The notes below the pieces were generated by a model. It was not told where the DNA came from, did no database searches, and saw only the letters and a program-made list of their open reading frames with translations. Below are positions 1-13,284 of a DNA stretch of 64,000 nucleotides, in pieces. Every line of letters starts with the position of its first letter. Position 1 is the stretch's first letter. The position numbers and the translations under genes are program-made. The DNA is from an uncultured delta proteobacterium (GTDB lineage Bacteria > Desulfobacterota > Desulfobacteria > Desulfobacterales > SG8-13), in NCBI GenBank assembly GCA_963848135.1, contig CAWKCK010000003.1, positions 434,001-498,000 of the forward strand, given 5' to 3'.

Positions 1-518
1 GGAATCGAATTGTTGTAACGTTCCACCGCTGTCGGACCGGCATTGTAGGCCGCCAGAGACAGGGGCAGTTGGCCGTCAAAACGATCAAGCATTTCCCGAA
101 AATATCGCGTGCCCCCAAGAATATTTTCCATTGGATCGAAGGGATCGTGGATATCCATGGCTCTGACATTTTCTGGCATGAGCTGCATCAAACCCAGGGC
201 GCCTTTTTTTGACACTGCCCGCGGGTTGAAATCCGATTCCGCTTTGATTATCGCCTTGAGCAAAGGGTAGGCAACACCGTACAATTCGGCGGCTTTTCGA
301 ATATGGCTGTCAAAGCTCTTGGGTGAGTAAACCTGTGATGTGAAAACTTTTTTCTCTTTGATGTAAAGGCGGTAGTCGGCGTCAGATGTGGTTGGTGCAT
401 TGGTAAAGTGAACAACGCCATTATGATCGATGTACATGTAAATATCAGCCTGGAGAGGTAACGGCGCAAACCCAAGCATCAAGACCATCGTCGCTATCCC
501 TGCAACAAAAAATTTCAA
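1..518 (-). CDS. Lytic transglycosylase (SLT domain) with signal peptide and DUF4124-like N-terminus; runs off the window edge
   Basis: Not in ORF track. Manual translation from TTG at 518: LKFFVAGIATMVLMLGFAPLPLQADIYMYIDHNGVVHFTNAP...AIIKAESDFNPRAVSKKGALGLMQLMP...NILGGTRY...LAAYNAGP, which contains the SLT motifs AES, GLMQ and AYNAG. Confidence 0.9.
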   Translation of the reverse strand, partial: MKFFVAGIATMVLMLGFAPLPLQADIYMYIDHNGVVHFTNAPTTSDADYRLYIKEKKVFTSQVYSPKSFDSHIRKAAELYGVAYPLLKAIIKAESDFNPRAVSKKGALGLMQLMPENVRAMDIHDPFDPMENILGGTRYFREMLDRFDGQLPLSLAAYNAGPTAVERYNNSI

Positions 519-831
519 CGTGCACGCCCCCGTTCATCTCTCGGACAGATTCCGGCGCATAATATTTTTAAACAGCGAGTCCCGGCCGGCAAGATTCCAT
601 CGAATTCTTTTTACAGTTAAATAATAGATGTCATCAATCGATATATGATACACGTTTTCTTGAAACGACTCAAGCGATTTTGAAGTAAAACAGCTGTTTC
701 GCTCCACGATAATGTGCCGGATAAACATAAAGTTCGCCTTCGAACGGCAGGCCATTATCAGCACTTCGCCCGCTATTTACGAATCTCTACCGTGCTTATC
801 CAGACGATAAAATATTTATTAACTGCGCGGA

Positions 832-3800
832 TTAAAAAAGCTTGAGTTGAACTTGACGGGCTGAATCTTTAGATGCTCTGGATGAAAGCGGTCGATTCGG
901 CGTTTCGCGTGTTTTCAAGCGATGTTCTATATCGTCGATGAACGGTGTTGGTCGTCGTTGCTGATAACGACCAAATATCCGCCGTTTCAAGGCATAGGTC
1001 AAATAGAGGCGCTCTTTTGCTCTTGTCATGGCGACATAAAACAATCGTCTTTCTTCCTCAATATCATTGAAGTGACCGTCTTTCGGTTTGTGCGGAATGA
1101 GATCGGCCTCACATCCTGTTATGAAAACAACCGGAAACTCGAGACCTTTGGCAGCATGCATGGTCATTAGAGCCACTTTCTGTGATTTTTCATCGTAAAG
1201 ATCCGTGTCGGTTTGCAGGTCGAACTTGTTAAAAAAAGCGGATGGGTCCTTCATCCCATCGCCGGCCATACCTATCAACCGCTCGTATTCATTCATAAAT
1301 TCACCATTCTCTTCAATGAATACACTCGGCAAGCGGTCGAAAAGAAGTTTGAGTTGTTGCTGAACCCCATGCTGTTTGAGTTGGTCGAAAAGCGCTTGGT
1401 TCTGTCTGGAAAACGCCGCCAGACAGTTTTGATCTTCTCTTTTGATGGACTTCAGGGGCAGTCTCACCACCCGGTACAAAGCTTCTGCCAGATCGATACG
1501 AAGTTGTATCGCCCATTCAAAGAAGCGATTTAGGGCTGGTCGAGTCACGGGAAGACCAAGGACCGAAACCAAGCGTTCCAGGTCCAGATAGGATCCGACC
1601 CCGTGGATCACTTTCAGCCAGGATATCAGCAAGATTGTACCCTGCTGATTCATGATAAGCGCCTTGTCGATGGCTTGGCAGGGAATGCCGGTCTTTTGCA
1701 TGACCTCAGCGATTATTTCACCCTGGGAACGGGTTCGGTAAAGAATGGCAAAGTCTGAAAACCCATAAGACCGCCGGGGATTAGTCCCATCGACTCTTCC
1801 GAAGTCTATGGCATCGAATCCAAGGCCCCCGATCAAGCGTTCAATTTTCTTTCCCACAACAACCGCTTCGGCCCGTTCCGAGTGCGTTTCGATAATAGAT
1901 ACGGTTCTTTTGCCATCGATGCCAGAATATACACGGACGCGGTCATCCCTTGCGGCGTCACCGGTCTTGGTCACAGATATCAACTGATGGGCAGCATCCA
2001 AAATGGTTTGTGTAGAACGGTAGTTTCGGGTGAGCCGGATGAGGTTTGCCCCATGAAAACTGGTTAGAAAACGGTTGAAGTATCCGCAATCCGATCCTCG
2101 AAACCCGTATATTGATTGATCCGGGTCACCGATGACAAAAAGTTTCTCTCCCGAAGGGGACAACTGACTCAAAAGGCGGTACTGCCCGTAATTGAGGTCT
2201 TGGTATTCATCAACCAGAATGTGATCGAAACGTTCCCGATAATAGGCACATGTTTCAGGGTCAGATTCGAGCCCCCGGACCACCCGATAAATAAGATCTT
2301 CGTAATCGCATCGTTTATGAAGCGTAAGCAGCCATTGATAGTTTCGGTAAACAGTTGCAACGATTCGAGTCATCGCTGAATTGTCGCCTTTAAGGTAAAA
2401 CTCTTCCGGAGAAATTAGATTTTGTTTGGCAACCGCCACGGCTTCGACAATTTCCCGCACGGGCCGGTTTATGGGACCGCCCTCTTTAAGGGCCATCTTT
2501 AGCGCCCAAGCCATCCATTGGTTTTTTTCGGTATCATCCACGATTGTAACATCCGGTTCCGTTCGCATATCTCTCAACAAATTGAAACAGAAAGAATGAA
2601 AGGTTGCCACGGTAGGAATCATCGAATGGGGGTCAATTAACTTTTTCAACCGTCGCTGCATTTCTTCAGCAGCCTTGTTGGTAAATGTCACCGCCAGAAT
2701 TCTTTCGGGAGAAACCTGCTTCTGGTCAATCAGGAATGCGATTCTTCGGGTGAGGGTGAGGGTTTTACCGGTACCGGGTCCGGCGACAATGATAGCCGGC
2801 CCCTTATCAAGTGTTACTGCACACTGTTGCTCTGGATTGAGATTAAACAACGCAGCGTTGTCAATTTTATTGCGTAAATCGATTTCTGAAGAATCTACGA
2901 AAATGGTGGCCTTTTCTCTCTCGGGTTCTTTCTTGTTCGGCTGAATATTACCGCCGGGTTCTTCGGATACATATTTTAGCGCTGTTTTGGGAAGGAGAGG
3001 CGGATTTGCCTGGGAAGGCCCCACACCAAAAAGGGGGGACTGCCCCAACAACTGTTCCCTTTCGCCGGGTTCAAATAGATTTATCCTGCCGAAAACGCCA
3101 TCATAGCCGGGGGAAAGGTCAACGTGACCCCTTCGCATTCTTTTTATTGCTTCTCCGATGAGAGGGTCCCCTGCGGTCTCAAGAGCCTCGATATCCGTAT
3201 TCATCAAAATGTTTAGTTCGGGTCCGAATCGATTCAATAAAGAGCGGTAGGATTTCATTACACGTTTGGTTTGTTGTCCAAAACCAAGTGTTTCGGACAA
3301 CATCTCAGTCAACGGAATAAGGTTATAAAAAGACGGCCGGTTTTCCGGGCGGTAATTATCTGCTCGATCAGCCAGTTCAGAGATCCGGTGAAGAACCCCA
3401 AGCGTTAAAGGCCGGCCACATGCCGGACAATGGCCTTTGTGGCGAACGGTTTCCCCCGGTTGCAACCGAATGTTGCATTTACGATGACCATCCAGATGAT
3501 ATTTTCCTTCTTCCGGATAGAATTCCACTGTTCCTATAAACTGATCCGGATTACCTGATCTGATAGCCGACAGAATAGAAAAATAGGAAAGTTCGGTATC
3601 AAACAGATTGGCCTCACGTCCCAGTTTCTGCGCTGAATGGGCATCGGAATTGGATATCATGGTAAAGCGGTCTAAAGAAGATATGCGCCAGTTCATGAGG
3701 GGATCGGAAGACAGGCCGGTTTCCACCGCAAAAATATGCGTTGTCAATTCCTCGAAACACTCATCTATCGAATCGAACCCTGATTTGGACCCGAGAACCG

Positions 3801-4311
3801 AGAACCAGGGCGTCCAGATGTGTGCCGGCACCAAATAACCGCTTTCATCGGTTTCAAGTAATATTTCGAGCAAATACTTCGCATCCAATCCTAATATCGG
3901 TCGTCCATCGGATTGTATGTTGCCAATATTATCTAAAGTCTTATTGAAACGAGCGACCGCTTCAAGATTAGGCAAAAATATAAGGTTGTGATTTTTACGC
4001 GTTTGTTCATTTTTCTTATAGATACAGCTTATCTCTGTCGTCAGTAAAAACCTTACCTTCTGACGGCAAGCAGGGGGTACCTCATTGTCGCACTGGCGGG
4101 CGATATCCTTTTTTAACCTGAAAAGACCCGGTTCCGCCGGTTCCAGTTTCTGCTCAATTTCTTTAAACCATGTTGGATGGGTGAAATCAGCGGTGCCTAC
4201 CACGGTTATTCCTTTTAACTGGGCGGCGATGTATATTTTTTCAAAATCGAGGGTTTTTGAGGTCGCCCTTGAAAACCGGGAATGAATGTGAAAATCGGCA
4301 CTGAATTTCAT
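832..4311 (-). CDS. Endonuclease Q-like PHP domain fused to UvrD/PcrA-family SF1 helicase
   Basis: N-terminus has ADFHIHS, GTADFTHP, PAHIWTPW, ETGLSSD, NSDAHS, GKYHLDGHRKC and CPACG zinc finger. C-terminus has AGPGTGKT, TFTNKAA, DEYQD, GDPDQSIYGFRG, NYRS, TMHAAKGLEF and EERRLFYVAMTRA. Confidence 0.9.
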   Translation of the reverse strand: MKFSADFHIHSRFSRATSKTLDFEKIYIAAQLKGITVVGTADFTHPTWFKEIEQKLEPAEPGLFRLKKDIARQCDNEVPPACRQKVRFLLTTEISCIYKKNEQTRKNHNLIFLPNLEAVARFNKTLDNIGNIQSDGRPILGLDAKYLLEILLETDESGYLVPAHIWTPWFSVLGSKSGFDSIDECFEELTTHIFAVETGLSSDPLMNWRISSLDRFTMISNSDAHSAQKLGREANLFDTELSYFSILSAIRSGNPDQFIGTVEFYPEEGKYHLDGHRKCNIRLQPGETVRHKGHCPACGRPLTLGVLHRISELADRADNYRPENRPSFYNLIPLTEMLSETLGFGQQTKRVMKSYRSLLNRFGPELNILMNTDIEALETAGDPLIGEAIKRMRRGHVDLSPGYDGVFGRINLFEPGEREQLLGQSPLFGVGPSQANPPLLPKTALKYVSEEPGGNIQPNKKEPEREKATIFVDSSEIDLRNKIDNAALFNLNPEQQCAVTLDKGPAIIVAGPGTGKTLTLTRRIAFLIDQKQVSPERILAVTFTNKAAEEMQRRLKKLIDPHSMIPTVATFHSFCFNLLRDMRTEPDVTIVDDTEKNQWMAWALKMALKEGGPINRPVREIVEAVAVAKQNLISPEEFYLKGDNSAMTRIVATVYRNYQWLLTLHKRCDYEDLIYRVVRGLESDPETCAYYRERFDHILVDEYQDLNYGQYRLLSQLSPSGEKLFVIGDPDQSIYGFRGSDCGYFNRFLTSFHGANLIRLTRNYRSTQTILDAAHQLISVTKTGDAARDDRVRVYSGIDGKRTVSIIETHSERAEAVVVGKKIERLIGGLGFDAIDFGRVDGTNPRRSYGFSDFAILYRTRSQGEIIAEVMQKTGIPCQAIDKALIMNQQGTILLISWLKVIHGVGSYLDLERLVSVLGLPVTRPALNRFFEWAIQLRIDLAEALYRVVRLPLKSIKREDQNCLAAFSRQNQALFDQLKQHGVQQQLKLLFDRLPSVFIEENGEFMNEYERLIGMAGDGMKDPSAFFNKFDLQTDTDLYDEKSQKVALMTMHAAKGLEFPVVFITGCEADLIPHKPKDGHFNDIEEERRLFYVAMTRAKERLYLTYALKRRIFGRYQQRRPTPFIDDIEHRLKTRETPNRPLSSRASKDSARQVQLKLF

Positions 4312-4470
4312 TTGAAATTTCGATGGAATCAGATGAATATGGCGTGATTTCCGGAGCGGAAAATTATCTTGTCATAGAGGGTCAAACACGCTATATATAT
4401 TCACTTTTATTTATGAAAACCACCACATGTGGTTGTTTGGCTGTTAATAGATTCGATAGGATACCACCCT

Positions 4471-5086
4471 ATGGGGTTACTGTCACCTAATGTTTCGATT
4501 ACACGCTACCGGGTCCAGGGACGCATGGACGAACCGGTACTTGAACATATCGCAACATCTCTAAAAAAGTATGCAATCTCGGATATAGACAACGATGCTG
4601 CCGAAAAATCATGTGGCTGGACATCCTTTGAACAACCATATAATCCCGACTTTGGAGGGATCGTCATACATTTTCGGCGCATACCTTGTTTTTTCACTGC
4701 GTATAGACAAAAAGAGCATTCCTTCCAAAATCTTAAAAAAACATTACGCTATCGAAGAGTCCAAACGACTGGAAGAAAGTGGGCGGCAGTTTATCTCCCG
4801 AAATGAAAAAAAACTCGTAAAGGAACAAGTTATTCATTTTTTGAGTGTGCGGATCCCGGCCACACCAAATATTCATGATATTGTTTGGAACTATGAAGAA
4901 GGTAAACTCTGGTTTTTTACAAACCTAAAGGCAGCAAATGAAGAACTCGAAACACTTTTCACTGAATCCTTCAAACTTTCCCTCATCCGTTATTTTCCTT
5001 ACACAGCGGCCGAACTTGCGGATGATTTGACCGACGCGGAGCGTGACAGACTCAACCGGATCTCGCCGATTAGTTTTACGGGTTAA
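4471..5086 (+). pseudogene. rdgC: RdgC-like recombination-associated protein, interrupted by a 1-bp frameshift (true lesion or sequencing error)
   Basis: Two overlapping ORFs join into about 204 aa if one G is removed at 4654-4655 (GWTSFEQPYNPDF-EGSSYIFGAYLVFSLRIDKKSIPSKILKK). The GW...LR.DKK.IP pattern is RdgC-like. Confidence 0.65.
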
Positions 5087-5094
5087 ACCCTCTT

Positions 5095-5625
5095 ATGCTT
5101 GATATAGCCATTGCTTACAGCCGTTATCGTTTTCTTGGAAATGAGTATTTAACCTGGTTATGGTATCTCATTGAAAATGAAACCAGAAAACTCAACCATT
5201 TGGATAAAGATCTTACATCTCTTGAGATCGGAAACCGGATGGTTCTCGAAAACCTCCATGGTGAGGCTGTCGAAACAATCACAATAAAAGGTGACGAAGC
5301 CGGTCTCGAAGAAGGTATTTTAGCTTTAAAAAAAGGCGCACTTGTTAACGAAATTAATTTTATCTACAGTTGCGGTGACCAAACATGGAAATTCAATCTT
5401 AAAGGAGAAAGCCTTAACATAAGCAGTTTGAAAACACCGGAAACTGGAAAGATTGAAAATAAGGAGGACATCGAGGGCGCGGTTCTGGAAAAGATATTCC
5501 TTTGCGAGAAGGTGGTTGAGTTTGTTCAACGATCATTCCAGTTTTTTATCCGAACAAGGCTGTCCGATGATTGGCAAATAAAGGTCGTTCCCCAAATAAA
5601 AGAATGGTTATCCAATTCTAAATGA
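5095..5625 (+). CDS. Conserved hypothetical protein, partner of the RdgC-like gene
   Basis: 176 aa ORF starting 8 bp after the RdgC-like gene, with an FLGNEYLTWLWY motif. Confidence 0.7.
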   Translation: MLDIAIAYSRYRFLGNEYLTWLWYLIENETRKLNHLDKDLTSLEIGNRMVLENLHGEAVETITIKGDEAGLEEGILALKKGALVNEINFIYSCGDQTWKFNLKGESLNISSLKTPETGKIENKEDIEGAVLEKIFLCEKVVEFVQRSFQFFIRTRLSDDWQIKVVPQIKEWLSNSK

Positions 5626-5904
5626 TGCCTGTCGGATTATTTATCTACTTTAGAGAAAAAATAGTTGTCAATAATGCGGACGGTATCCGGTCAACAAATT
5701 GTCAATATCCTGTTGACTTATAAACATGATCTCTTTTCATGTTAATATCTAAAGCGAAACAAAAGAGTTCCAGCATATATTTTGATCAAGTTTTATTTAT
5801 ATAATTCATAATAAAACCTTATTGTTATAAATTTATTGAGGTTATTGTCACCCTTTCTTTATTACTACCTATTTTTATAATTAATTAAATAATGGAATTG
5901 ACCA
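5626..5904. other. Candidate replication origin or AT-rich unwinding element, plus dnaN promoter region
   Basis: Very AT-rich. Degenerate DnaA-box-like 9-mers TTATCTACT (5641), TTATTGACA (minus, 5666-5674) and TTATAAACA (5718). DnaA-trio-like TTATTACTACCTA (5859-5871) followed by TTTTTATAATTAATTAAATAAT just upstream of dnaN. Confidence 0.4.
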
Positions 5905-9467
<3,563 letters not shown>

Positions 9468-9499
9468 CCGATGCAGCCGAAAATTGAAATAATAAAATC

Positions 9500-10294
9500 A
9501 TGTTAAAATTACACAGAATAGATGCAAGAGACCTCCCGGATCTCTGGTTTCAGGCCGTTCATGACATACTGGATATCGGAAGAAAATTTAATATTGATCG
9601 CGGCAGCTATGCCGGACAAACACGGCTTGAATACGACTTTTTCAGTGCACACGTGAAATATCCCGGCACCCAGCCACTGCTTCCGGACATACCAGCGTCA
9701 TGCGGAATTCCGAACCCGGTGGAGGATGCCTATATTTATGGCGGCCAGGGATATGAAAGATCTTACATAGAATATTTGATGACGGGCCAAAAAGAACCGG
9801 GAGAGTCATACACTTACGGGGAAAGGTTGACCAAAGCACCGATCGACGGGCAAAAGCTTCTCTGGTGGACGTCCGAACAGCTGGAAATCATAGATAAACG
9901 CCCGGTGGACGGTAAGGTGGTTTTCGAGGAAGAGGGACAACTCTATCTAAATCAAATCGAATGGGTTATCGATACATATAAAAAATTTGGTTACCGTAAC
10001 AATCAGTTGGTATTACAGGTGGCTCATCCCACAGATTTGGCACTGCTCGATCCCCCCTGTTTACGATCCATTGATACCCGCATACAGGATGAGACGTTAC
10101 ACTTTGTCGTTTATTTCCGTTCTTGGGATCTTTGGGGAGGCTTGCCTGCCAATCTGGCCGGTATTCAGAATTTAAAAGATTACATGGCCGCTGAAATTGG
10201 CGTAAAAGATGGTGAAATGGTTGTAGAAAGTAAAGGTTTGCATCTTTACGGGTACGCTGAAGATCTCGCGAAGTTGCGTTGCCTCAGAGAATAA
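9500..10294 (+). CDS. thyA: Thymidylate synthase (ThyA fold, divergent archaeal-like type)
   Basis: YTYGERL, catalytic DPPCL, FRSWDLWGGLPAN and LHLY motifs. Confidence 0.8.
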   Translation: MLKLHRIDARDLPDLWFQAVHDILDIGRKFNIDRGSYAGQTRLEYDFFSAHVKYPGTQPLLPDIPASCGIPNPVEDAYIYGGQGYERSYIEYLMTGQKEPGESYTYGERLTKAPIDGQKLLWWTSEQLEIIDKRPVDGKVVFEEEGQLYLNQIEWVIDTYKKFGYRNNQLVLQVAHPTDLALLDPPCLRSIDTRIQDETLHFVVYFRSWDLWGGLPANLAGIQNLKDYMAAEIGVKDGEMVVESKGLHLYGYAEDLAKLRCLRE

Positions 10295-10358
10295 GGTGGG
10301 GTTGTGCCCCTTACTTTCGTGACGTTAGAACGCCGCAGAGACGCATTTTAATCGGTTG

Positions 10359-11741
10359 CTAAAATTCAATGTTGTTGGGAGTGCGTGGAAAGGGGATCAC
10401 ATCCCGAATGTTGGTTATTCCCGTTACCAGCATCAATAAGCGTTCAAACCCCATTCCAAAACCGCTGTGCTCTACAGATCCGTATCTGCGGGAATCGAGA
10501 TACCACCAGTAGGGGCCTTTCGGCAGACCCATTTCTTGCATGCGTGTTTCAAGATATGCCAGGCGTTCCTCGCGCTGGCTACCACCGATGATCTCACCGA
10601 TTTTGGGAACAAGAACATCCATGGCCGCTACGGTTTCTTTATCGTCGTTCAAGCGCATATAAAACGGTTTTATCTTCTTTGGGTAATCATAAACGATCAC
10701 CGGCTTTTTAAAATGACGTTCTGTAAGGTAGCGTTCATGTTCCGACTGCAGGTCTTTACCGAAGGCCACTTCGAATTCGAATGCCTGCCCGGTGTGGCTT
10801 AGCACGTCGACCGCATCGGCATAAGGCAGACGAACAAAATCTGAAACGGCGATATTCTCAAGCGTCTGCATAAGTGTTTTGTCTACAAATTTTGCAAACA
10901 GTTCCAGGTCGTCTTTGCATTCCTCAATCACATATCTAACCAGATATTTCACAAGTTCTTCACCAAGGTCCATGTTTCCTTCCAGGTCGCAGAAGGCCAT
11001 TTCAGGTTCGACCATCCAGAATTCTGCAGCGTGTCTGCGTGTATTCGAATTTTCTGCGCGAAAAGTGGGCCCGAAAGTATAAACATCGCCCAGGGCGAGG
11101 GAAAACATCTCGGCGGCCAGCTGACCGGATACGGTCAAACTGGCCATCTTACCGAAAAAGTCTTGTTCGTGATCGGTTTTACCGCCCTTAATGGGTAGAC
11201 GGTCCAGATCAAGTGCTGTTACATGAAACATTTCTCCGGCGCCTTCGCAATCGGAAGCAGTAATGATCGGAGTGTGTAAATATCTGAACCCACGCTCTTT
11301 GAAAAACCGATGAATGGCGAAAGACATTTCGGATCGAATTCGAAATGTAGCGCCGTATTTGTTGGTCCTCGGTCTCAGGTGCGCAATGGTTCTTAGAAAT
11401 TCGTCGCTATGCCGCTTTTTTTGTAGCGGATAAGAGTCCGGAGCACGACTGATTATATCGATGTCAGCGGCCTGAATTTCATAAGCTTGTCCTTTTCCGC
11501 CGGATTCGACCAATGAGCCTGTTACCGCCACCGCCGAGCCGGTCGAGAGCTGTTTGATATCGTCATAATTGTCCAACTTACCATCTGCAATGATCTGGAT
11601 ATTGAGCAGGCAGGAACCATCGTTGATTTCCAGAAACGAAAATCCTTTGGAGTCCCGGCGCGTGCGCAACCAACCCTTGACAAGAACGTTATCGATGGCT
11701 GTTGACGAATTAAGGAGAGCGACAATTTTCGAGCGGTTCAT
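10359..11741 (-). CDS. asnS: Asparagine--tRNA ligase
   Basis: [58 protein letters not shown]. Confidence 0.96.
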   Translation of the reverse strand: MNRSKIVALLNSSTAIDNVLVKGWLRTRRDSKGFSFLEINDGSCLLNIQIIADGKLDNYDDIKQLSTGSAVAVTGSLVESGGKGQAYEIQAADIDIISRAPDSYPLQKKRHSDEFLRTIAHLRPRTNKYGATFRIRSEMSFAIHRFFKERGFRYLHTPIITASDCEGAGEMFHVTALDLDRLPIKGGKTDHEQDFFGKMASLTVSGQLAAEMFSLALGDVYTFGPTFRAENSNTRRHAAEFWMVEPEMAFCDLEGNMDLGEELVKYLVRYVIEECKDDLELFAKFVDKTLMQTLENIAVSDFVRLPYADAVDVLSHTGQAFEFEVAFGKDLQSEHERYLTERHFKKPVIVYDYPKKIKPFYMRLNDDKETVAAMDVLVPKIGEIIGGSQREERLAYLETRMQEMGLPKGPYWWYLDSRRYGSVEHSGFGMGFERLLMLVTGITNIRDVIPFPRTPNNIEF

Positions 11742-11784
11742 AGAATTTTTGTCCTGTAATAGTTAAGGCCGGTTGAACCAGCGG

Positions 11785-13194
11785 CTATATGTCAATAGTG
11801 ATGTAATACCCTTGTTCCCCCCTCTGCAACAGCAGGATGATCGATTTTTTATGCCGATATTTTACCACAGCGCGTTCGAAGTCAGCGATACTCTGAACGG
11901 GCACCTCATTTATGCGTCGGATGACATCGCCGATTCTGGCACCGATTTCCGCCAGGGAGGATTTTGGATTGATTTCAACCACCATGACACCCGAATCTGC
12001 TAAGATTCCATAGCGGTTGTGATCCTCCGTTGTCAGGTCTTTAACACGAACCCCCAGGAGCCGGAAACCGAGGTCTTTGGCTTTTTCCAAAGGGAACCTG
12101 TTTGCTGCGACAGAGAGATCCTGCGTCTTTCCATTACGCCAAATTTTCATATTGACGGTGTCGCCGATGGCATGGCTCCGCATGGCCGTCTGGTAATCAT
12201 CGTCTGTCAATATTTTTCGGTTCCCAAGAGCCACGATGACATCACCGGCGCGGATGCCAGAAAGGGCCGCCGGGCTTCCCTTCTCGACAGTTTTGATCAG
12301 CACCCCCTTGTTGTCGGGCAAGCCCATATAACGGGCCAGCCCCACGTCGATGTTCTGTACAATGATTCCAATCCATGCTTCGATAACTTCACCATGGGTG
12401 ATAAGATCGGATATAATTTTACGCACTTTGCTGATGGGTATGGCGAAACCGATCCCCTGTGCTTTAGCGTAAATAGCGGTATTAATGCCGATCAACTCCC
12501 CGTTGATGTTCAGTAGCGGACCACCGCTGTTGCCCGGGTTGATAGAAGCATCTATCTGGATAAACTCATGGAATACACGGTCATCGGTACGAATGCTGCG
12601 ATTCAAGGCACTGACCACACCAGTGGTCACCGTATGAGAAAATCCGAAGGGATTGCCAATGGCAATGACGGTTTCGCCGATCATCAAATCCTCACTGTTG
12701 CCCATGGGAACCGACGGTAATCCGCTGTCCTCCCGGATCCGCAGCACCGCCAGATCGAAGTCGGGATCAGCGCCGATAATTTCAGCCTCGAACTCTCTTT
12801 CGTCTTGAAGGGTCACTTTTATTATCCCGGCGTTGGTGATAACATGAGCGTTCGTGATAATTAGACCCTTTTCGCCATCGATGATTACCCCGGAACCCAG
12901 GGTGCTCCTTTCGGGTTGCCGATCATAGTAAGGATCGAAAAAATCTTTGAAAAAGGAGTCGAAAAAAGGGTTCAGACCGAAACCGGAAAAGGGTCCGGTT
13001 CGCTTGCGAACGGAAATGACCGAACTTATGTTTACCACTGCCGGACTGACCCTGCGAACGGCCAGAACAATTGGGCTTTGACGATTGTCCTCACCGCTAC
13101 GAGCCTCTATTTGCGAGATTCCCGGGTAAAGAGGTTCACTGAACGTCAATAAAAGCAGAACAACGGCTATTCGATGATGAGATTTGATTTTCAT
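11785..13194 (-). CDS. HtrA/DegQ-family periplasmic serine protease with 2 PDZ domains
   Basis: Signal peptide, TNAHV, DLAVL, IQIDASINPGNSGGPL and two PDZ repeats. Start chosen at ATG 13194. Confidence 0.93.
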   Translation of the reverse strand: MKIKSHHRIAVVLLLLTFSEPLYPGISQIEARSGEDNRQSPIVLAVRRVSPAVVNISSVISVRKRTGPFSGFGLNPFFDSFFKDFFDPYYDRQPERSTLGSGVIIDGEKGLIITNAHVITNAGIIKVTLQDEREFEAEIIGADPDFDLAVLRIREDSGLPSVPMGNSEDLMIGETVIAIGNPFGFSHTVTTGVVSALNRSIRTDDRVFHEFIQIDASINPGNSGGPLLNINGELIGINTAIYAKAQGIGFAIPISKVRKIISDLITHGEVIEAWIGIIVQNIDVGLARYMGLPDNKGVLIKTVEKGSPAALSGIRAGDVIVALGNRKILTDDDYQTAMRSHAIGDTVNMKIWRNGKTQDLSVAANRFPLEKAKDLGFRLLGVRVKDLTTEDHNRYGILADSGVMVVEINPKSSLAEIGARIGDVIRRINEVPVQSIADFERAVVKYRHKKSIILLLQRGEQGYYITIDI

Positions 13195-13284
13195 AATTAA
13201 AAACAAAAAGATTCGCTCAAGAAGCGCAATCCTTGCGGGTATTATATTATGAAGCCTGCCGGTTCATAGAGGTAAACCTTTAGC

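Noticed and set aside
9645..9660. parS-like CACGTGAAA core inside thyA
   Set aside because: Five mismatches to consensus, left arm missing, lies in coding sequence
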